Part shown: positions 1 to 10,456 of the stretch, piece after piece | Layout: each line of letters begins with the position of its first letter | How positions within the stretch are numbered: the first letter of the stretch is position 1 | Assembly (NCBI GenBank): GCA_963422645.2 | Contig: CAXXVO010000007.1 | Location: 224,001 to 288,000, forward strand | DNA length: 64,000 nt | Reading direction: 5' to 3' | Source of the DNA: Alphaproteobacteria bacterium | GTDB lineage: Bacteria > Pseudomonadota > Alphaproteobacteria > UBA828 | Made by a program: the position numbers and the translations under genes | The notes under the pieces: generated by a model | Told to the model about the DNA's origin: nothing | Databases searched by the model: none | The model's input: the letters and a program-made list of their open reading frames with translations, nothing else

Positions 1-160
1 CTTCGGTCTCCGGGTGAATCAGGCGAATCCAGTCCCGGTCCTGCACAGCCGCCGCGGCGACGCCGCGCACCAACGATTCGACCTCATGGATTGGCGTGTC
101 GACTCCGGCCTCGGCGAGGGCCTGCGCCAGCACGCCCGTTATCGCAGTTTTCTCGGACAT
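1..160 (-). CDS. 5' part of a gene running off the window edge, possibly Xaa-Pro aminopeptidase (aminopeptidase P family)
   Basis: ATG at 160 opens MSEKTAITGVLAQALAEAGVDTPIHEVESLVRGVAAA... to the edge; product guessed only from the common alphaproteobacterial prmA-aminopeptidase P order. Confidence 0.4.
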   Translation of the reverse strand, partial: MSEKTAITGVLAQALAEAGVDTPIHEVESLVRGVAAAAVQDRDWIRLIHPETE

Positions 161-185
161 GGTGGCGTTTGTGCCAGTGCGCCGC

Positions 186-1091
186 TCACCGCGTCAATAT
201 CAACGTGACCCAGGCGCCGAGCCGTATGCGCCGCCGGAGCCGGAGCCCGGCCGAGCGGAAGGCCGCCAGTACCAGCCGCTCCTCGGTGTCGAGAAGGCCG
301 GAGAGCACCGCGACGCCCCCCAGCCGCACGCGCCGGGAGAAGTCTGGTGCCATCGCGGCGATGGGCTTTGCCCTGATGTTGGCGACGATCAGGTCCGCCC
401 GGCCAAACCGCCTCACGACACCCGCGCGAAAACCCCCAGCCCGCACCACCGCCACTCGGTGAGAGAGCCCGTTCCGCCGCACCGTCTCCCGTGCCGTGGC
501 AACCGCCATGGGGTCGCTATCCAGGGCGAGCAGCCGTGCCGGCCAGAGCCGCGCCGCCGCCACCGCGAGGATGCCGGAGCCCGTACCGATGTCCAGCGCA
601 CGGCGAATTCGACGGCGTCGGGCGAGCCAGTCCAGCGCGAGCAGGCAGCCTTGGGTCGATTCGTGGCGGCCGGAGCCGAAGGCGGGGCCGGCATCGACGC
701 AGAGGGTGAAGCGTCGGCGGGGAAGGGCTTGGTGTGCGCCCACGATCGTAAAGTGTCCGACCGAGACGGGCGGAAAGGAGGCTAGGGACTGCGCCTTCCA
801 GTCGGTGGGGTGGATCGGCTCGAACGCCGTCTCGTCTGGCTCGACCCCGGCCTCGCTCAGCAACGAGCGCAACTGGTTCGGCCTTGGATCGTCGCCTGCC
901 GAGTCGGCGCCGAACACGGTTACGCGCAGAAGGTCCGCCGGGGCTTCCTGTATCGGGTGTGTCGCCTCGACCGTCTCCGCCAACACAGCGTCAGCTTGTT
1001 CGCTGAGCGTCTCCTCGAGCCCCTCGAAGACGGCACGGCTGAGCGTCACCTGGAGCCGCCAGCCTTGGGCACCGGGGCGATTTCCGCTCAC
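186..1091 (-). CDS. prmA: 50S ribosomal protein L11 methyltransferase
   Basis: AFGSGRHEST, LDIGTGSGILA (SAM-binding), DLIVANI and VLSGLL motifs. Confidence 0.9.
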   Translation of the reverse strand: MSGNRPGAQGWRLQVTLSRAVFEGLEETLSEQADAVLAETVEATHPIQEAPADLLRVTVFGADSAGDDPRPNQLRSLLSEAGVEPDETAFEPIHPTDWKAQSLASFPPVSVGHFTIVGAHQALPRRRFTLCVDAGPAFGSGRHESTQGCLLALDWLARRRRIRRALDIGTGSGILAVAAARLWPARLLALDSDPMAVATARETVRRNGLSHRVAVVRAGGFRAGVVRRFGRADLIVANIRAKPIAAMAPDFSRRVRLGGVAVLSGLLDTEERLVLAAFRSAGLRLRRRIRLGAWVTLILTR

Positions 1092-1159
1092 TGCCGCCCC
1101 CAGCGCGGCCCAATTCCGGCTAAGATGGGTCCCCCGGAACGCACGGTCGGAGGCCCGCG

Positions 1160-1864
1160 ATGCCTGAGATGCCGGACTGGCAACGCTTCCTGAGCGCGGA
1201 TGACAGAGAGACCATCGAGCGCGGCCGCTGGGCCAAGCGCGTCGGATTCGGCGCTCGCCCAGCCGTCATCCTCATTGACGTGCAGAGCTACATGGTGGGG
1301 GAGGAGGACAACCACGACCTTGCCGCCTATCCCTATAGCTGCGCCACCGGCTGGGCTGCCGTTTGGCAGACCAAGCGTATCATCGGTGCGGCCCGCGCCG
1401 CCCAGGCACCGGTGATCTACACCCGTTTCGCCATCGATCGCGCTGTCGGCGATGCCGGGCTCTTCGACGCCAAGATCGGCGCGGAAGCAGGCGAGAACGT
1501 CTACTTCGAAGGCACCCACGGCAGCGCGATCGTGGACGTGGTGGCGCCCGAGCCCGGCGACCTGGTCTTCACCAAGAAGAAGCCGAGCTCCTTCCACGGC
1601 ACGCCCCTCCTGCCCTATCTGATCGACCGCGCCATCGATACGCTGATCGTCACCGGCGGCGCCACCTGCAACTGCGTCCGCGCCACGGTCTTCGACGCGT
1701 TCTCGTACAATTACCGTACCATCGTACCGGCGGACGCGGTGTTCGACCGCCTGCCGATCAGCCATGCGATAAACCTGTTCGACATGAATCGCTGCTCGGC
1801 CGACGTGACCGACACCGAGGCCGTGCTCGCCTATTTCGCCGAGCAGGCCCAGCGTGCGGCCTAA
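1160..1864 (+). CDS. Isochorismatase-family cysteine hydrolase (N-carbamoylsarcosine/maleamate amidohydrolase-like)
   Basis: ILIDVQ (Asp), KKKPSSFHGT (Lys), GGATCNCVRATVFDA (Cys). Confidence 0.85.
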   Translation: MPEMPDWQRFLSADDRETIERGRWAKRVGFGARPAVILIDVQSYMVGEEDNHDLAAYPYSCATGWAAVWQTKRIIGAARAAQAPVIYTRFAIDRAVGDAGLFDAKIGAEAGENVYFEGTHGSAIVDVVAPEPGDLVFTKKKPSSFHGTPLLPYLIDRAIDTLIVTGGATCNCVRATVFDAFSYNYRTIVPADAVFDRLPISHAINLFDMNRCSADVTDTEAVLAYFAEQAQRAA

Positions 1865-1881
1865 ACGCTGCCGGTGGCACC

Positions 1882-1890
1882 TGCTATAGT
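1882..1890 (+). promoter_or_regulatory. Extended -10 promoter element of the SRP RNA gene
   Basis: TGCTATAGT (TGn-TATAGT) a few nt upstream of the SRP RNA 5' end. Confidence 0.55.
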
Positions 1891-1896
1891 GAGTGC

Positions 1897-1993
1897 GGGA
1901 GATCGGCGGCGGACGGCTAACTCGCGAACCCGGTCAGGTCCGGAAGGAAGCAGCCGTAACGAGCTTCAAGCCGGGTCGTCTGCCGGTCTCCTG
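1897..1993 (+). ncRNA. ffs: Signal recognition particle 4.5S RNA
   Basis: Conserved TCAGGTCCGGAAGGAAGCAGC core; ends GGAGATCGGC...GCCGGTCTCC pair; typical position upstream of dnaX. Confidence 0.95.
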
Positions 1994-2049
1994 CCGCCAA
2001 CCCCACGCGCCGCCCCCGCAAGACGCGGATCGAAGGACGCCATGCACCG

Positions 2050-3777
2050 ATGAGCGAGGACGCCGCCGCCTATCGCGTGCTCGCGCGCAAGTACAGGCCG
2101 GCGAGCTTTGCCGGGCTGATCGGCCAGGACGCCCTGGTGCGCACGCTGAGCAACGCGATCGCGATGGATCGCCTGGCCCATGCCTACCTTCTGACGGGCG
2201 TACGCGGGGTGGGCAAGACCTCGACCGCACGGATTATCGCGCGCGCCCTCAACTGCATCGGTGAGGACGGGACCGGCGGCCCGACGCCGGAGCCGTGCGG
2301 GGCGTGCGATCACTGCATCTCCATCGCCGAGGATCGCCATGTCGATGTGATCGAGATGGATGCCGCCTCGCGCACCGGCATCGACGACGTGCGCGAGCTG
2401 ATCGAGAGCGTGCGCTACCGCCCGGTCTCGGCGCGCTACAAGGTCTACATCATCGACGAAGTGCACATGCTCTCTAAGCAGGCCTTCAACGCCCTGCTCA
2501 AGACGCTCGAAGAGCCTCCGCCCCACGTCAAATTCGTGTTCGCGACGACCGAGGTGCGGCGCCTGCCGGTGACGGTGCTCTCGCGCTGCCAGCGCTTCGA
2601 CCTGCGCCGGGTCGATATGGAAGTGCTGATCGAGCACTTCTCGGGCATTGCCGCCAAAGAAGGGGCGGAGGTAGAGCCGGCCGCGCTCGCACTCATAGCC
2701 CGGGCCGCCGACGGCTCTGTGCGCGACGGGCTTTCCGTGCTCGACCAGGCGATGGCGCACGAGGGCACGCGCATCACCGAAGAGGCGGTGCGTGCCATGC
2801 TGGGCCTCGCCGACCGGACCCGGCTCTTCGACCTCTTCGATATGCTGATGAAGGGCGCGATCAAGGACGCGCTGGACTGCTTCTCCGAGCTTCACGACGC
2901 AGGCGCGGAGCCACAGGCGCTATTGCAGGACCTGCTGGAGCTCTGCCATTGGCTCACGAGGCTGAAGCATGTTCCCGCCGCTGCGGAGGATCCCGCGGTG
3001 CCCGAGGCCGAGCGCACGCGCGGGCGCGCCATGGCCGAGGCGCTGGCGGTGCCGTCGCTCACACAGACCTGGCAAATGCTGCTGAAAGGGCTGGAGGAGG
3101 CTAACCGGGCGGCGCGGCCTGCGCTTGCGGCCGAGATGACCCTGGTGAGAATCGCCTATGCCGCCGATCTGCCGAGCCCGGCCGATGCGCTTCGGGCCAT
3201 CGGTGCTGGCGGTGCGAGCGCACAGCCGAAAGAAGCGCCCGCGGCGACGCCCGCCCCAGCCCCGGCGTCCCCGCCAAGCGGTGCCGCGAGCGCCGGAGCT
3301 GCGGCGGAGCCTGCATTGGTGCCTGAAGCGGCGCCTGAGCCGGCGCCGCAGCCAGTGCCGGTGGCCACATCCGCCCCGCATGTGCAGCCGACATCGTTGC
3401 GCGAGATCGCCGCGCTCGCGGAGGAGCGGCGGGAGCCGATTCTAAGCGCGTGGCTCAGGACCGAGGTTCGACCTATCCGAGTCGGCACCGGCGCCGTCGA
3501 GATCAACTGCGGGCACTCGCCGGACAGCAAGATGCTTACCCTGCTCCAGGAACGGCTCGAGCAATGGACCGGCGACCGCTGGATGATTGCGCTGAGCGAG
3601 GAGGGCGGCGAGCCCACCCTCGATGAGCAGGACCGGGCCGCGCAGGAAGCGGCCGACCGGGCGGCGGTGGAGCATCCCCTGGTGCAGCAGGTTCTCGATG
3701 CCTTCCCCGGCTCGCGCGTGCGCAAGGTGCACCGGCCCGCGCCGGATAACGGAAACGACGGAGATGCTTCCCCATGA
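2050..3777 (+). CDS. dnaX: DNA polymerase III subunit gamma/tau
   Basis: YRVLARKYRP, GVRGVGKT Walker A, Cys cluster, IIDEVHML, SRCQRF; Pro/Ala linker. Confidence 0.97.
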   Translation: MSEDAAAYRVLARKYRPASFAGLIGQDALVRTLSNAIAMDRLAHAYLLTGVRGVGKTSTARIIARALNCIGEDGTGGPTPEPCGACDHCISIAEDRHVDVIEMDAASRTGIDDVRELIESVRYRPVSARYKVYIIDEVHMLSKQAFNALLKTLEEPPPHVKFVFATTEVRRLPVTVLSRCQRFDLRRVDMEVLIEHFSGIAAKEGAEVEPAALALIARAADGSVRDGLSVLDQAMAHEGTRITEEAVRAMLGLADRTRLFDLFDMLMKGAIKDALDCFSELHDAGAEPQALLQDLLELCHWLTRLKHVPAAAEDPAVPEAERTRGRAMAEALAVPSLTQTWQMLLKGLEEANRAARPALAAEMTLVRIAYAADLPSPADALRAIGAGGASAQPKEAPAATPAPAPASPPSGAASAGAAAEPALVPEAAPEPAPQPVPVATSAPHVQPTSLREIAALAEERREPILSAWLRTEVRPIRVGTGAVEINCGHSPDSKMLTLLQERLEQWTGDRWMIALSEEGGEPTLDEQDRAAQEAADRAAVEHPLVQQVLDAFPGSRVRKVHRPAPDNGNDGDASP

Positions 3778-4097
3778 AGAACATCGGCAAGATGCTGAAG
3801 CAGGCGCAGGAAATGCAGACCAGGATGGCCGAGCTGCAGGAGAGCCTCGGCGCGCTCGAGGTCGAGGGAACGGCGGGCGGCGGCCTGGTGCGGGTAACGC
3901 TCACGGGCAAGGGCGAGATGCGCCGCCTCTCCATCGACCCGGCGCTGGTGAGCGGCGACGAGGTGGAGGTTCTGGAAGACCTGATCGTCGCCGCCTTCAA
4001 TGACGGCAAGGCCAGGGTCGAGCAGCTCGTCCAGGAGCGGATGGCCGAGGTCACCGGCGGGCTCAAGTTGCCGCCGGGCCTCGACCTCGGCCTGTGA
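3774..4097 (+). CDS. ybaB: YbaB/EbfC nucleoid-associated protein
   Basis: [28 protein letters not shown]; between dnaX and recR. Confidence 0.95.
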   Translation: MKNIGKMLKQAQEMQTRMAELQESLGALEVEGTAGGGLVRVTLTGKGEMRRLSIDPALVSGDEVEVLEDLIVAAFNDGKARVEQLVQERMAEVTGGLKLPPGLDLGL

Positions 4098-4134
4098 GGG
4101 CCTGCCGCAACCTATCCTTTACTGGCGACAGGCG

Positions 4135-4731
4135 ATGACGAGCCCTGCGATCGAGCGGTTGGTCGGGCGTCTCGGCAAGCTTCCCGGTCTCGGGCCGCGC
4201 TCAGCCCGCCGCGCCGCTCTGCATCTGCTGGAGCGGCGCGAGTCGCACCTGGAGCCGCTGCTCGCCGCGCTGCGCACGGCGGCCGAGAGCGTCCGCCCCT
4301 GCGCCACCTGCGGCAATCTCGACGCCCAGGACCCCTGCGCGATCTGCGCCGATCCCGAGCGCGATCCGACGGCCATCTGCGTCGTCGAGCAGGTGGCGGA
4401 TCTCTGGGCGCTGGAGCGCACGCTGATGTTCCGCGGCCGCTATCACGTGCTGGGCGGGCTCCTCTCGGCGCTCGACGGGATCGGACCGGAGGATCTCGCC
4501 ATCGCCGGCCTCGTCGCCCGTGCCGGCGTGCCCGAGGTCCGCGAGATCATTCTCGCCACCAGCGCCACCGTGGACGGGCAGACCACGGCGCATTATCTGG
4601 CCGACCGGCTCGCCGAGAGCGGCGTCACGATCTCCCGCCTCGCCCACGGTCTGCCGGTCGGCGGCGAGCTCGACTATCTCGACGACGGCACCCTCGGCAC
4701 CGCACTCAAGGCACGTCAGCGCCTCCTCTAA
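4135..4731 (+). CDS. recR: Recombination mediator RecR
   Basis: [11 protein letters not shown] HhH, C4 zinc finger, Toprim [16 protein letters not shown]; start moved to ATG 4135. Confidence 0.96.
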   Translation: MTSPAIERLVGRLGKLPGLGPRSARRAALHLLERRESHLEPLLAALRTAAESVRPCATCGNLDAQDPCAICADPERDPTAICVVEQVADLWALERTLMFRGRYHVLGGLLSALDGIGPEDLAIAGLVARAGVPEVREIILATSATVDGQTTAHYLADRLAESGVTISRLAHGLPVGGELDYLDDGTLGTALKARQRLL

Positions 4732-4826
4732 GCCAACGCCACTGCGCGCTGGATTGTCAGGCCCGTGCCCTCTATGGTCGCGCCCGGCCGCCGGCGGGGC
4801 AGCCGACGTGAGCATTGGAGAGGGCC

Positions 4827-5756
4827 ATGGCAGACGAGGCGAAGAGCGCAGGCCGGTTGGAACGCGTCCTGCGAGCGGGTGAGTTCGCCATCACGGCAGA
4901 GATGGGGCCGCCCGACTCGGTGGATCCGGCCGACGTTCTGGCCCACGCCGGCTGCCTCAAGGGGCTCGCCGATGCCGTCAACGTGCTCGACGGTGCCGGC
5001 GCACGCGCGCATCTCTCGCCGCTCGCGACCGCCGCGATTTTGGTGCGCAAAGGCATCGAGCCGGTGCTCCAGTTCACCATGCGTGACCGCAACCGGCTCG
5101 CGCTGCAGGCCGACGTGCTGGGGGCGGCGGCGCTCGGTGTGCACAGCCTGCTCTGCCTCACCGGCGATTCGGTCGATGCCGGCGATCAGCCGGAGACCAA
5201 GCCGGTCTTCGACCTGAAGTCCAACGAGTTCATGGCGCTGGTGCGGACCATGCGGGACGAGGCCCAGCTCCCGGGCGGGCGTAGTCTCGCCTCGGCGCCC
5301 CGCCTGCTGATCGGGGGCGCGGATGCGCCCCGGGAGCCGAAGGCGGGCGAGGCACCCACCAGCCTCCAGGCCAAGGTCGAGGCGGGTGCGGACTTCTTCC
5401 AGACCCAGTTCTGCTTCGACACGGCGATGCTGAAGCGCTACCTCGCCTGGCTCGGGGATTTTGGAATCCCTGAGCGCACGTTCATCATCGTCGGCATTGG
5501 GCCGATAAGGTCGGCGCGCTCGGCGCGCTGGATGAACGAGAACCTCTTCGGCGTGCACATCCCGGATGCCGTCATCGCCCGGCTCGACGGCGCCAAGGAA
5601 CCGCAGGCCGAGGGAATCCGCATCTGCGTCGAGCTGATCGAAGAGCTGCAGGGAATCGAGGGCGTCGCCGGTGCGCACCTGATGGCGCCGCGCGGCGAAC
5701 AGGCGATCGCCGAGGTTATCGCCGAAACTGGGCTCCGCAGCACTGGCGGTGCTTGA
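4827..5756 (+). CDS. metF: Methylenetetrahydrofolate reductase family protein
   Basis: RDRNRLALQ, CLTGD, KVEAGADFFQTQ, GAHLM; GGAGAGG RBS. Confidence 0.85.
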   Translation: MADEAKSAGRLERVLRAGEFAITAEMGPPDSVDPADVLAHAGCLKGLADAVNVLDGAGARAHLSPLATAAILVRKGIEPVLQFTMRDRNRLALQADVLGAAALGVHSLLCLTGDSVDAGDQPETKPVFDLKSNEFMALVRTMRDEAQLPGGRSLASAPRLLIGGADAPREPKAGEAPTSLQAKVEAGADFFQTQFCFDTAMLKRYLAWLGDFGIPERTFIIVGIGPIRSARSARWMNENLFGVHIPDAVIARLDGAKEPQAEGIRICVELIEELQGIEGVAGAHLMAPRGEQAIAEVIAETGLRSTGGA

Positions 5757-5786
5757 GCGCGCCCTCGAGGGTGCGCTCTTGGTCTC

Positions 5787-6620
5787 CTAGAAACGGTATC
5801 GGATGCCGATCTCGAGGAAGTGAACCCGCAGGTCGGTCTCCGCCCGCGTCGACACACCGGGGCTTGTACCGCTGAATTCCAAGCCGTTCAGGGCTTGCAG
5901 GCGATAGCCGATATGGAGCGTAGCGCTTTCCGAGAGCGCGTAGCCGATGCCCGCACCGAATTGATAGGCGAACGCGGAATCGGTCGCTGAGAGCGTGGGC
6001 ACGTCTAGGTCTTGGAGGCCCTGGAGGGGGCCAAGAGCCTGTCCCAGCGCCGGGTTCTGTTGGGCCGCCGCCTGCACGGATCGGCTAACGGCATTCTTGA
6101 CCGCATTGGTGTTGTATCGAACGTCGCCCTGGTCGATGCGAATGAAGCCGAGGCCGCCGCCGATGTAGGGCGTCCAGTCGCTGCCAGTCTCGATGTCGTA
6201 CCAGAGGTTCACCATGGCGCCGAGCTGGTTTGCCGAGCCCGACACGGGGACGTCCACCTTCGTCGGAAGGACCTGCTGAGGCAGTCCCAGCCCCGGCAAG
6301 GCTATGCTCGTGTGGGTCAGCTTGCTGACCTCGGCCCTTGCGAGGAAGATTTCGCCCTCGAGGCGGAGACTGGAATCCAAGTGATGGCCGAGGACGGCTC
6401 CCAGCTTGTAGCCCGTGTCATGCTCCGATCTAACTGTTGAGCGTTGCGTCACCGACATCGGGCCCTGCCCGAAAGTCGTGGTGGCGGTCGAATCCGTGTC
6501 GTCGATGAACATGAGGGGCATGTTCGCGCCGATGTACCAGCTGCCCTCCTGCGCCTGAGCAGCGGACGCGGCGCCGAACGCGAGGCACGCGGCCAACGCC
6601 GCCGCAGAAATCCAGCGCAT
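5787..6620 (-). CDS. Outer-membrane beta-barrel protein (opacity/OmpA-like); native start (ATG 9160) cut off by an IS
   Basis: Signal peptide ending AQA; WTPYIGGGLG, FAYQFGAGIGY, C-terminal GIRYRF; removing IS 6633-9146 restores MSRSLFGMRWIS behind a GGAGG RBS. Confidence 0.85.
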   Translation of the reverse strand: MRWISAAALAACLAFGAASAAQAQEGSWYIGANMPLMFIDDTDSTATTTFGQGPMSVTQRSTVRSEHDTGYKLGAVLGHHLDSSLRLEGEIFLARAEVSKLTHTSIALPGLGLPQQVLPTKVDVPVSGSANQLGAMVNLWYDIETGSDWTPYIGGGLGFIRIDQGDVRYNTNAVKNAVSRSVQAAAQQNPALGQALGPLQGLQDLDVPTLSATDSAFAYQFGAGIGYALSESATLHIGYRLQALNGLEFSGTSPGVSTRAETDLRVHFLEIGIRYRF

Positions 6621-6632
6621 TCCGAATAGGCT

Positions 6633-9146
6633 CAGACTTCCTGACCTCGTGATGCTGGCTGTTCTGGGCAGCGTGCCGGGAACTCCTTGAATTCTGATAC
6701 ATTTCGGTTGTTTCAGGCGGTTTTTCGCTGGGTGTCGCGCCCGAGGTCTGATATTATAATTTGATACCAATTGCACGGGGTCTCAACCATGCCCAGTACC
6801 CTCCCAATGTGCCCTCCAGAGGCGGTCTCGATCGGCAACAGCTGCTTCGCCGTCCTGATCTCGGACGACACCTTCACCTACTTTTCCAACCTCATTCCCT
6901 TTGACAGCCACGCCGCCGATGACCGCACGGCCATGCTCTTGCGGATCGGCCGCCTCGCGGCGATCAGCGCGGTCTCGCCGCAGGAACTGGCTGACGCTTT
7001 CGCTGTCTCGCGCGCGACGGTGCAGCGCGCACGACGGCGCTACCTGGCCGAGGGCGAAGCGGGGTTCATGAAGCCCCGGCGCGGTCGCGGGCCGTCGGTG
7101 TTCACTCCGGAGTTGGCGGAGAAGGCGACGGCGTTGCTGGCATCGGGCCTGAGCGGCTCTGCGGCGGCCCGGGTTCTCGGCGTGTCAGCGCCATCGGTCA
7201 ACAAGTGGCGCCGTCAGGGACTGATCGGCAACACGGAGGCGGATGGGGAGCCCGGACGCTCAGCGCTGGCTGCGCCGCCTGACGCGGGTGCGGCTCCTGA
7301 AGGCCGTGTCGATGAAGAGAGTACCGGTGCCCCGGGGCCGGAGACGGCGCCGGGGCTGGAAGCGCAGCCGCAAACGGATCGCAGCGCGCGCGATCGGCGG
7401 GACCGGCAGGCGCCGATGGGGCGTGCGACTTGCGATGTTCCGGCTCGGGTTCTGGCCAGTTGTGGACAGGCGGGGCCGGTCGAACCGCAGTTCGCCGCCG
7501 CCGCCCGCGGTGTCCGCTTCGGCGGCGTGCTCGCCGCCCTGCCGGCCCTGCTGAAGGAAGGTCTTCTCTCCGAGACCGGTCTCCTGCCATTGCTGCCGAA
7601 GGGCTATTACGGCTTGCCTACGATCCTGCTCTTCCTGGCCTTCATGACCTTGGCGCGGGTGCGCAACCCCGAGAGCCTGCGCTACCAGGCGCCGGGCGAA
7701 TGGGGCGCCATTCTCGGCCTCGATCGCTGCCCCGAGGTCAAGACGCTGCGCCGCAAGATCGCTCTCATCGCCGACGACGAGGCCGGCGTGCGGGCGTGGC
7801 AGCTCGCCCTTGCCAGGCGCTGGCAAGGCCGACGAGCCGGAGCTCTGGGCGACGCTGGCCATCGACGGGCACGTCAAGGTCTACTCCGGCCGCAAGGGGC
7901 GCTTGCCCAAGCACTTCGTCTCGCGCGAGAAGCTGTGCCTGCCGGCGAGCGCCAGCTACTGGATCAACGCTCTGGGCGGCAAGCCGCTGCTCTGTCTGCA
8001 CAAGCCGCTGGACCCGAAGATGGTCGCGGCCATCGAAGCCGACGTGGTGCCGGCGCTGCAGGAGCTTGGGATCGTTGGCGCCGGGGCGCCGGACCTGACC
8101 GCCGAGCATCCCGGCCAGCCGGCGCTCACCCTGGTCTTCGACCGCGAGGGCTGGAGCCCGGATCTGTTCCGCCGGCTGGCGAGGCGCGGCGTCGCCTGCC
8201 TGACCTGGCACAAGAACTTCAGGGGCGAGGACTGGCCGGCCGAGGACTTCGGCGCGATGACCGTTCCCATTCACGGACCGGCGGCGGACGGCAGCGCCAC
8301 CATGCGGCTGGCTGAGAAGCCGGTGACGTTGCCGAACGGCTTCAGGGTGCGCCAGATCCGCCGCCTGCTCGACAACGGCCGTCAGGTGCCGCTGATCACC
8401 ACCGATCCGCACAAGCCGATGGCTGAGGTTGCGGGCGCCATGTTCTCGCGCTGGTCGCAGGAGAACTTCTTCAAGTACATGCGTGACGAGTTCAATCTCG
8501 ACGCCCTGCCGACCCACGAGCTCGAGCCTCTCGATCCCGCCGCCATGGTCGTCAACCCGCTGCGGCGGGCCTATGACAAGGCAATCCATCGCCTCGACCG
8601 CCAGCTTGGCCGCCTGCGCAACCGCATCGCCGACACGGCCCGGAAGAAGCAGCCGACGGCGGAACTCAGGAGGGAAGTCAGGGACCTCCAGGATGTCCGC
8701 GACATCGTCAGGGCCAGCCGCAGGGAGACGCCCAAGCACTGCCGGGCCGGCGACCTCGACGAAGCCGAGCAGCTCGATGCCTTGCCCGCGCGCGAGCGCC
8801 TCCTCCTCGACGTCATCCGGATGATCGCCTACCGCGCCGAAACCCGCATGATGCTTCCCGTCATGCAGGCGCAGGGCCACAAGCCCCATCCCCGGAAACT
8901 GCTTCAAGCGCTGCTCACCGCCGATGCCGACATCCTGCCGGATCCTGGCAATGGCCTCCTGCGGGTCCACATTCTTGGCCTCGCAAACGACGCCTGCGAC
9001 CGTTGGATCGATGCGGTTCTGAGCGACCTGAACGCCACCGAAACGGTCTTCCCCGGCACCCGTCTGCGCATAGTCTACGACATCGACGGGGCCTCGGAAT
9101 CCGCGCGGCTCGTGTCACCTAAAATCAGCAGAGGTCAGGAAGTCTG
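6633..9146 (+). mobile_element. Insertion sequence (~2.5 kb, family not assigned) with 16-bp TIRs and 5-bp target duplication
   Basis: TIR CAGACTTCCTGACCTC at 6633-6648 and its reverse complement at 9131-9146; AGGCT at 6628-6632 and 9147-9151. Confidence 0.92.
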
Positions 9147-9147
9147 A
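6789..9147 (+). pseudogene. DDE-type transposase with N-terminal HTHs, frameshifted near 7825
   Basis: Frame 1 ...LALARRWQ continues in frame 2 as ADEPELWATLAIDGH; acidic motifs IDGH, VFDRE, RWSQENFF; one extra base in CAAGGCC. Confidence 0.8.
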
Positions 9148-9331
9148 GGCTTCGACTCATTCCCTGTCCTCCCCGTTGCAGTGCCCCACCTGCGTTTCCA
9201 GCGTAAGGAGACGGGAAACGCTGCGCAAACCCCGTCGATGCTGCACCCATCGGAGACCGTACAGCGCGACGTAGAGTGTGCCGCATCTGTGCCGGGCGCG
9301 CCCTCTCCTCACGCGTGTTCCAGGGGCAGAC

Positions 9332-9361
9332 AAAAAAAGGGGAGCGCCGGAGCGCTCCCCC
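9332..9361 (-). terminator. Rho-independent terminator of porin 1
   Basis: GGGGAGCG/CGCTCCCC hairpin followed by T7 on the minus strand. Confidence 0.85.
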
Positions 9362-9385
9362 AATACGGGTATCGGCGAAGGCCGA

Positions 9386-10432
9386 TCAGAAGTTGACGGC
9401 AGTACCGATCATGAACTGGACCCACTCGTCCGAGCCGTCATCGCCGAAGTCGAGCTGCATATCGAGCTGCACGCCCTCGCCCAGCGGATAAGCGGCACCG
9501 AGTGCGTACATGTCGGCGGTATCCGTGCTGCCCCAGCCGGCGCTGACTGAGAGAGCGCCCATTGCGGCGACGGCGCCGATGTCAGTTCGCATCGACTCCA
9601 TGCCGTTGCCGTCAGAGGAATCTCTCATGCCGCCGCTGACGGTAATGTCACCGACAGAAACCGACGCCCCGGCATTCAAATCGGTCGGTGACGCACCGCC
9701 CTCGTCCGCGGTCTCGTAGCCGACGTTGATGCTGACGCTGGCGTCGCCGAGCCCTTGCGTGAACGTGAGGGCGGCTGCGATCTGATCGTTCACCGCGGGA
9801 GTACCGTCATCCGGTACCGCGCCATCAGGCGCGTAGCTCACCCCGACCTGAATGCCGCCGACGGCCGGAGACGTGTAAAGGATCTTGTCGTCCCGGGTCC
9901 CGGCACCGAATCCGGTGCCGTCGGTAGCGACGGTCGCGGCGATGCCGCCGTAGTAAGGCCCGTTGATGCCGAAACTGCTAGTGGCACCCGCCGAAGCCTT
10001 CCTCGATCCCGCGCGCGCACCCTTGATCGCGCCAACAGCGATCTCGCCGAACGCACCGCTGATGGTGATACGGCGGTCGTACGCGACCCCGGGATCAAAC
10101 CAAGTCCCTGATGCGTCGATATAGGCGGCGACACCGAAGGTCAGGCCGTTGTCCATGGTCGCGGATCCGGAGATCACGGGTTCCAGGTGTTCAAACAAGT
10201 CTGGCGAACCATCATCGGTCGAAGTGCTAGCGGCGACCCGCATGCTGCCGCTGATGCCGACCGAGACGGGCTCGGCCATCATCGCTTCTTCCATCATCTC
10301 TTCTTCGGCCATCATCTCTTCTTCGGCCATCATCTCTTCTTCGGCCATTTCCTCGTCCTGAGCGTAGGCCACGCTGGTGACGAGCAGGCCAGCGGCGACA
10401 ATCGCCGTCGTGCTCAACAGTACCTTCTTCAT
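9386..10432 (-). CDS. Gram-negative porin, paralog 1, with Glu/Met-rich N-terminal repeats
   Basis: MKKVLLSTTA signal, SATMDNGLTFGV, SGAFGEIAVG, YTSPAVGGIQVGVSYAP, C-terminal Phe. Confidence 0.88.
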   Translation of the reverse strand: MKKVLLSTTAIVAAGLLVTSVAYAQDEEMAEEEMMAEEEMMAEEEMMEEAMMAEPVSVGISGSMRVAASTSTDDGSPDLFEHLEPVISGSATMDNGLTFGVAAYIDASGTWFDPGVAYDRRITISGAFGEIAVGAIKGARAGSRKASAGATSSFGINGPYYGGIAATVATDGTGFGAGTRDDKILYTSPAVGGIQVGVSYAPDGAVPDDGTPAVNDQIAAALTFTQGLGDASVSINVGYETADEGGASPTDLNAGASVSVGDITVSGGMRDSSDGNGMESMRTDIGAVAAMGALSVSAGWGSTDTADMYALGAAYPLGEGVQLDMQLDFGDDGSDEWVQFMIGTAVNF

Positions 10433-10456
10433 CCTTCGCGAGTGAAATTTTGGGAG

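Noticed and set aside
2050-3777. Programmed gamma/tau frameshift in dnaX
   Set aside because: No A-run slippery site seen
4732-4826. SAM or ZTP riboswitch upstream of metF
   Set aside because: Consensus elements not recognisable
6621-6776. N-terminal extension of the OMP in the ORF track
   Set aside because: Mostly read-through from IS sequence
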